Below, piece by piece: positions 58,102-64,000 of a DNA stretch of 64,000 bases. Position numbers and translations under genes: made by a program. The DNA is from Chloroflexota bacterium (GTDB taxonomy: Bacteria; Chloroflexota; Dehalococcoidia; Lucifugimonadales; JADFKI01). The stretch's first letter is position 1. Each line of letters begins with the position of its first letter. The DNA lies in assembly GCA_027623195.1 (NCBI GenBank), contig JAQBUT010000004.1:64001-128000 (forward strand), read 5' to 3'. The notes beneath the pieces were generated by a model. The model was not told the origin of the DNA. It worked only from the letters and a program-made list of their open reading frames with translations, and made no database searches.

Positions 58102-59932
58102 CTACGGCTTGAAGATCACCATCGTGGTGCCGTCGCTATCTGCATCCGGGTCGTGATTGTCGTCCTGGTCATAGGTATACGTCTTATGGCCGACACCGGT
58201 GACTTGGAACGTTACACCGGCTACGCCGTCATCAAATCTGTCACTTCTGAACCTACAGGTGCCATCCAGCTTTACACGGCAGGAATCAGTATCGGTTCCG
58301 TCAGGTGTAGTCCAAGTAACCTCAACCCTGGCCCGATTTACGGCAACTTCGCCGGAGTCGTGAACAAGGACAGTCACGTATGCCTCCCACCTACCACGCC
58401 TACCTTGTTTGATCGAGACATCTATGTCTCCAACGTGCATCAGCTTAAGAACTACGGGGGGTGCCGAACTTACGGTCAGCGTCGCGTTGTTACTAATAAC
58501 GCCGTCCATAAGTGCCACGATATTCGCGGTGCCCTCTTCTACGCCGTTGGCCATACCCGTGTCATCCACAGTGGCCACGGCTGTATCAGAGCTATCCCAG
58601 TTAACGCTTGACGTCACGTTTACAAAAGAGCCGTCGTCATAATTCGCAACAGCCTTGTACTGCTGGGACTTGCCCTTCTCTATGGTCTTATTGGCAGGCG
58701 AAACGTCGATAGAAGTCAAAACCGGGTCAGATGTCGGAGGAGGTGGTGACGCCGTTCCTACGTGGGGCAGTCCATATCCGGAGGCTACATCGTAGCCAAC
58801 GCCTGCGCCCCTGCCGCTCGTGATATCAGTAGCCGTCGTCCTCAGATACGTTCTGGTGCTATTGGGGTCGCCCTGCCACAGCTTTGCAGCCAGGCCCGCG
58901 ACCTGCGGTGCGGCCATGGAAGTGCCCGAGTAATAGGCATAACCGCTAGGTTCAATTGCAGTAGGGAACGTTGATTCCACAATTTTGCCGGCAGCGGCAA
59001 ACTCGATTTCGCCGATGCTAACCACGCTGTCGTCACCGTCGTCCACGCCTCGGCTGCTGAAATTAGTCACAGACTCGGCATTATCTATGGCCGCAACGGC
59101 AATGACGTTAGGGTCCCAGGCAGGATACTCTATGCTACCGCGGGCAGGTCCAGTGTTACCAGCCGAGGCTACAAATAGAATGCTGCCCTTATGCCTGTCT
59201 ATGGCTGCCGCTATCCGAGAGTCAGACGACGGACCGCCAATGCTCATTGTTATTACGTTAACGAGATTGTTATTACCCAGGTAATCTATGGCTGCCGCAA
59301 TGTCGTCGGCAAGGCAACCCGAGGAGGAGCAGACCATTATGGAATAAAGGCCCGCCTCCGGAGCTACGCCCCAAATGCCGGTGTGAGTGGAGCCACCATC
59401 AGCCACAGCCGAACCAGCCGTGTGGGTGCCGTGGCCGTCCCAGTCCTGGCAGGTATTGTTGGCTGCATCACTTAGGGCAAGGCTACCAGTGGCATCCTTG
59501 CAACCCACTACACGGCCAACCAGGTCGGGGTGATTCCGGTCAATGCCGGTATCCAGGTGACCAATGGTAATGCCTGCGCCACCGGATGTCTGGCTAATAC
59601 CAGTATCAGAGTAGATCTGCTCAATTCCATAAGGCGTAGGGTCTGAGGGTACACCGTTGGGATGGTAGACCGCTACGTTGCTCGTGCTTAGACCAAGGTT
59701 CTTAACGTCCTGCCTGGATTTGCCATCCAGCTTGACAGAGAAGCCGCCCTGGAATCCGTGCCTATATTCCACCATCGCTACGCGCCAGAAAACTCTGTAC
59801 CTCAGGCGAGCTCTCATCAGCGTCTATGTAGACGTATTCGGGAGCGTCGGCATCCACGTGGTAGGTCCCTACCGTGGATGCAAGGACAATGGCAGCTGTT
59901 AACGCCGCCAGGATGCTCCATCGTCTATTCAC
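58102..59932 (-). CDS. Secreted S8 subtilisin-like protease with Ig-like domain; frameshift near 59770 between signal peptide and catalytic region
   Basis: Triad HLDTG, GHGTHTAG, GTSMAAP. GAGGAGG SD and GTG 59932 encode the signal peptide MNRRWSILAALTAAIVLAST in a frame that stops at 59762. Confidence 0.85.
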
Positions 59933-60554
59933 CACTTCCTCCTCGTCCTTAACTTCGTAATTCAGCCACGAAGTAGCCGGTGGTCTACACCCTGTTGTTT
60001 ACACCCGTAGGTTGTTCGTGCAGACCGCAATACGCATAATATATCCCGTATTCGGGCCTGCGAAACCGTATTAAACAGCCATTCACATAATCGTCGCCTA
60101 TACAAAACATAACCACTCTTCTCGTTAATCTGCTCCGCCGGCCTGCCTCCTAGATATAAACCAGATGGGATTAAGATTTGCACATGAAATCAAGAATCAG
60201 CGCAATACGAACAATTACGCTATTTTCCTGTGATTCGTGCGGAGGGCAAACCCTTAAGCGCAGCCTAACAATGACGTCAAGAAAGCAAATGTAACCTGGA
60301 ACCGAAGGGCATTGTTGAACTGGCGCACTATGATAATCTTGCGGCAAGGCTAACTTGGGCTCGAAGCCTGTTTTTCCAACGGACCCTTCAGCGACAAACG
60401 TGCTTCGTTCTGCGCCTGGAAATAGCCAAAACGTCATGCATCTTTTCGGAGGAGCCTGAACTGGTCGATTTGTAGGTCTGATCAACATAACCAGGGCCGA
60501 ATCAGTTCGGAAATCGAAGATGTCTGGCCTATTGAACGTAGTGGGAGTGATGAA

Positions 60555-61367
60555 ATGAAGATGAAGAAGACCCGATGGCCGCTATTTGTGGTGGCGACAC
60601 TCTTGGTTGCGATGCTAACCCTGCCTGCTGTGGCGAGTGCAGACCACGCCTGGGGTAGTTACCACTGGGCCCGCACAGCTAGTCCCCTGCCTCTGTCCCT
60701 CGGAGACAACGTCTCCGGAGCTTGGGATGTGCACCTGGCCGCCGCCAATTCGGATTGGAACCTGTCACCGGTGCTCGACAATACCGTGGACGCAGGCCGC
60801 ACTAATCCAAGAAAATGCAGCCCCGGTTCGGGCTTGGTCGAGATTTGCAATGCCCAATACGGCTTTAACGGCTGGCTCGGCATCGCTGGTATCTGGGCAT
60901 CCGGAGACCACATTACCAAGGGTTACGTGAAGGTTAACGATTCGTACTTCGACACTAGCACCTACAACACACCCGAGTGGCGTCAGTTGGTGATGTGCCA
61001 GGAGGTCGGTCACGTATTCGGCCTTGGTCACCAGGACGAAAACTTTAACAACCTGAATCTTGACACCTGCATGGACTACTCGAGCAGTCCTGGTTCAAAC
61101 CAGAACCCAAACCAGCATGATTACGACATGTTGGCTTCAATGTATGCCCATTTAGATGCCTTTGACTCCTATTCTGCCGCGCCGATCGACGGCGGGTCCG
61201 GCGAAGGAAATGGTAATGGCCGGGGCAAAAAGGGCGAGGCGCCTGGGCTGGTCATGAGCGAGTGGGGCAAAGCCATCAGCACCGATGGTAAAGGCCGCCC
61301 CGACCTATTCGAGGTCGATTTGGGGAACGGCAACAAGGTGCTCACCCACGTGTTCTGGGCCAACTAA
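60555..61367 (+). CDS. Secreted metzincin-like protein with QExxHxxGxxH
   Basis: Signal peptide ending AVASA; MCQEVGHVFGLGH; Met-turn-like TCMDY. Confidence 0.75.
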   Translation: MKMKKTRWPLFVVATLLVAMLTLPAVASADHAWGSYHWARTASPLPLSLGDNVSGAWDVHLAAANSDWNLSPVLDNTVDAGRTNPRKCSPGSGLVEICNAQYGFNGWLGIAGIWASGDHITKGYVKVNDSYFDTSTYNTPEWRQLVMCQEVGHVFGLGHQDENFNNLNLDTCMDYSSSPGSNQNPNQHDYDMLASMYAHLDAFDSYSAAPIDGGSGEGNGNGRGKKGEAPGLVMSEWGKAISTDGKGRPDLFEVDLGNGNKVLTHVFWAN

Positions 61368-61390
61368 GCCTTCGACACCACCTGTAATTG

Positions 61391-61427
61391 AAAAGAGGGC
61401 CTGGCTTATCGCCAGCCCCTCTTTTTT
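61391..61427. terminator. Bidirectional terminator
   Basis: AAAAGAGGGCCTGGC-TTATC-GCCAGCCCCTCTTTTTT. Confidence 0.8.
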
Positions 61428-61451
61428 ATTAGCTAGACTTCGTTCTGAGCT

Positions 61452-62408
61452 CTAGCCCTGCTTTACCAGCTTCTGCATGGAGCGTAGCTCTTTCGGCGGG
61501 TCCATCTTGCTGCCGTAGTCTGCCCAGGAGACCTCCGCCACGTAGATGTCGCCCTTCGAATCCACCGCAATCCCATGCGGCGAGTAGAATCTGCCAGGCT
61601 CATCCCCGTAGGTCTCCAAGCCTAACTTGGCAAGATAGTTGCCCTTCAGGTCGCTGATCGTCACCCTGGGGCCAAGATTCGTACCCATGCGGTTATTGCC
61701 AATGCCGGCGAAGTACTCCCCGATGTACATCAGAGGCTGGCTTCCACGATAATCCAGGTGAAGACATGCGGCTCTGGACAGGTTCACCCACTGAGTCTCG
61801 TACTTGCCTTCGGGGCTGAAGACCTGAATGCGGTGGTTCTCCCTGTCTGCAATGTATACCCAGCCATCGCGATCAACTGCCACGTAGTGGACGATGTTGA
61901 ACTGTCCCTCGGCCGTGCCGGACTCGCCCCAGGAGAGAATCTCCTTGCCGTCCGGCGAGTACTTATGCACCACAGCGTTGGAGTAGCCATCCGCGATGTA
62001 GAAGTCGCCGTTGCGCGGATCGAATCCCACGTGAGTCGGTCCGCTGAATGGCTTGCCGCTCATGGGAACAGAACGCTGGCCCGGCGTGCCCATCGTCTTC
62101 AGTAGCTTTCCGTCAGAGGTGAACTGCCTTACTGAATGGTCGGCATTATCCACACACCATATGGTTCCATCCGGCCCCACCGTCACGCCGTGCGGGCTGG
62201 TGAATATGCCGTGACCCCAGGTCTGCTGCACCTTGCCATCAGTGTCGAACACTATCATGGGATTGGTGCCGCGGTTGAAGACGTACACGTTGTCATTGGG
62301 ATCCACGGCTACAGACGTGGCTTCCTTATAAGTCGAGCCTTCCGGGATGTCACCCCAGTCTTCGCCCGACACCTCGTAAACATAATCGCCAGAGCCTAGT
62401 AAAGGCAT
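61452..62408 (-). CDS. NHL-repeat beta-propeller (peptidyl-alpha-hydroxyglycine lyase-like)
   Basis: VYVFNRG, PHG, YIADGYSN, YIADRENHRIQVF, PHGIAVDSKGDIYVAEV. Confidence 0.88.
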   Translation of the reverse strand: MPLLGSGDYVYEVSGEDWGDIPEGSTYKEATSVAVDPNDNVYVFNRGTNPMIVFDTDGKVQQTWGHGIFTSPHGVTVGPDGTIWCVDNADHSVRQFTSDGKLLKTMGTPGQRSVPMSGKPFSGPTHVGFDPRNGDFYIADGYSNAVVHKYSPDGKEILSWGESGTAEGQFNIVHYVAVDRDGWVYIADRENHRIQVFSPEGKYETQWVNLSRAACLHLDYRGSQPLMYIGEYFAGIGNNRMGTNLGPRVTISDLKGNYLAKLGLETYGDEPGRFYSPHGIAVDSKGDIYVAEVSWADYGSKMDPPKELRSMQKLVKQG

Positions 62409-62635
62409 CGTAGACCTCCATTCATGCTAAGACGCCGCCTGTTAGACGTACGCCTTGAATATCGGTCAGATAGTACCAATTGCGGCATGTAGTTACAACA
62501 AGGCGGCGAAAGAGATTTTTTAGGAGCATCTTCAACACCCTGCTCTTCACCGGGTTCCAAACCAAATGTTGACCGTGCACCACTTGCGAATATAATACGG
62601 TCAGACCTACCGCGTTACTGCGGGAGGAAACGACC

Positions 62636-63403
62636 ATGGATTCAGGAGCGCTTATGGGAAGATTCGACGGGCAGGTGGCTATCGTCACGGGAGCCGCCAC
62701 AGGCATTGGATACGGCATAGCCAAACGATTGGCCAGTGAGGGCGCCAACCTGGTTATGGTGGACCTGAACGGGTCAATGGGAGAACAGTCGGCAAGCGAA
62801 ATTGCTGCGCGGGGCACCGAGACAAGACTTGTGGTAGGCGACGTTGGCGAAAGCTCAACTGCCGACGAAGCTGTACGGCAGGCTGTGGATACCTGGGGTA
62901 GGCTAGACATTCTCATTAACAACGCAGGTATCACCGGCGTGGACGGAAACATATGGGAGACGCCTGTCGAGGAGTTGGACAGGGTTTATCGCGTCAACCT
63001 GCGAGGGGTCTTCTCGTTCTGCCACGCGGCCATACCCGCCATGCTGGAGAGGGACTACGGTCGTGTCGTCAACATAGCGTCTATTGCCGGTAAAGAGGGC
63101 AATCCGCGCATGGTGCCATACTCCGCAACGAAGGCCGCCGTCATCGGCCTAACCAAATCCGTGGGCAAGGAGTTGGCCAAAACCGGCGTTAGGGTGAACT
63201 GCGTCGCGCCGGCAGTAGTGCATACCCGCCTTCTTGATGAGCTCACGCCTGAACAGATCCAATACATGGTGGACCGCATTCCAATTGGGCGCACCGGAGA
63301 CATCAGCGAGATCGCTGCGTTGGTTGCCTGGCTGGCATCCGAAGAGTGCTCCTTCAGCACTGGGGCTGTCTTCGACATTAGCGGGGGCCGCGCGACTTAC
63401 TAG
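62636..63403 (+). CDS. Short-chain dehydrogenase/reductase
   Basis: TGAATGIG, NNAGITG, ASIAGKEGNP, YSATK, FDISGGRATY. Start may be 62654. Confidence 0.93.
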   Translation: MDSGALMGRFDGQVAIVTGAATGIGYGIAKRLASEGANLVMVDLNGSMGEQSASEIAARGTETRLVVGDVGESSTADEAVRQAVDTWGRLDILINNAGITGVDGNIWETPVEELDRVYRVNLRGVFSFCHAAIPAMLERDYGRVVNIASIAGKEGNPRMVPYSATKAAVIGLTKSVGKELAKTGVRVNCVAPAVVHTRLLDELTPEQIQYMVDRIPIGRTGDISEIAALVAWLASEECSFSTGAVFDISGGRATY

Positions 63404-63499
63404 TGTGGCCACACACCTCAGAACCTTCTGACAAACGGCGCATCTAATTGGCGCCGGTCCCTAACGGGGAAGACCCAAAAATGCGGAGAGGACGAGAAT

Positions 63500-64000
63500 A
63501 TGCCGTGGATTGACCAGGACGAAAGCCTTAACGTTGGGAACGTAATCAAGATAATGTCCCTGAGGCCCAAAGCCATGCAGGCCGTAATGGATGTAAATCA
63601 GGCCGTCACATTCGGAGGGTCGGCGCTAACGCGAGTCCAGGAGGAGGCGATTGCCACCACTGTGGGCGTCGTCAACAAGTGCCGCTACTGAACGATGTCC
63701 CACGGGGCGTTGCTCCGTCAGATGTCCGATGACCCCGAGATGGCCAGCATGGTGATGTATGACTACACCAAGGCCAACATCGATCCCCAGTTGAAGGGAA
63801 TCCTGGATTTCGCCACCAAGCTAACCCTCAAGCCAGGCGAAATGGAGGAGACCGACATTCAGACCTTGCGCGTTTCCGGCCTGAGCGACGAGGAGATTCT
63901 CAGCGTTGTCATGGTGACTTGTAACTTCAACTTCATGACGCGGCTTGCAGACGCCCTGGGTGTGGTCTTCGAAGACTCACGTCAACAACAGATGGAGCGA
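63500..64000 (+). CDS. AhpD/CMD-like peroxidase-related selenoprotein (CxxU), 3'-truncated by the window edge
   Basis: EAIATTVGVVNKCRY-TGA(63689-63691)-TMSHG...ILDFATKLT...GLSDEEI...FNFMTRLADALG, in frame and open to the window end. Confidence 0.88.
63692..63725 (+). promoter_or_regulatory. Bacterial SECIS-like hairpin
   Basis: ACGGGGC-GTT-GCTCCGT (63702-63718); the loop starts with G, 17 nt after the UGA; lower stem ATGTC/GATGT. Confidence 0.7.

Noticed and set aside
1..64000. CRISPR arrays, tRNAs, integrases, transposases, prophage or defence systems
   Set aside because: No regularly spaced repeats, cloverleafs or such protein motifs were seen by eye.

Overview
Bacterial chromosomal DNA with no tRNA, rRNA, CRISPR array or transposase that I can recognise. 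The gene content resembles Chloroflexota, probably Dehalococcoidia/SAR202-like: paralogous crotonases, class III CoA-transferases, enolase-family dehydratases, luciferase-like monooxygenases and SDRs, plus an alternative complex III. This taxonomic call is inference from content only. Main blocks in order: DUF59/SufT plus a Mrp ATPase lacking CxxC; acyl-CoA catabolic genes; coxG/coxS/coxM without coxL; a ccmH-ccmF cluster with two accessory genes; a rearranged alternative complex III operon (small membrane ORF-actA-actB1-actB2-actF-actC-actD-actE); a B12-binding radical-SAM homologue lacking CxxxCxxC; further catabolic genes; a pantothenate operon led by a NylC/DmpA-type Ntn hydrolase behind an attenuator-like leader, with no panD; a thiolase-like/DUF35 pair; two secreted proteases; and, at the window end, an AhpD-like gene with an in-frame TGA in CxxU followed by a SECIS-like hairpin (probable selenoprotein, truncated in the ORF track). 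There are two intergenic structured-RNA candidates (about 2173-2330 and 39605-39764) and three apparent single-indel frameshifts. All family calls come from motif recognition; no database search was run.
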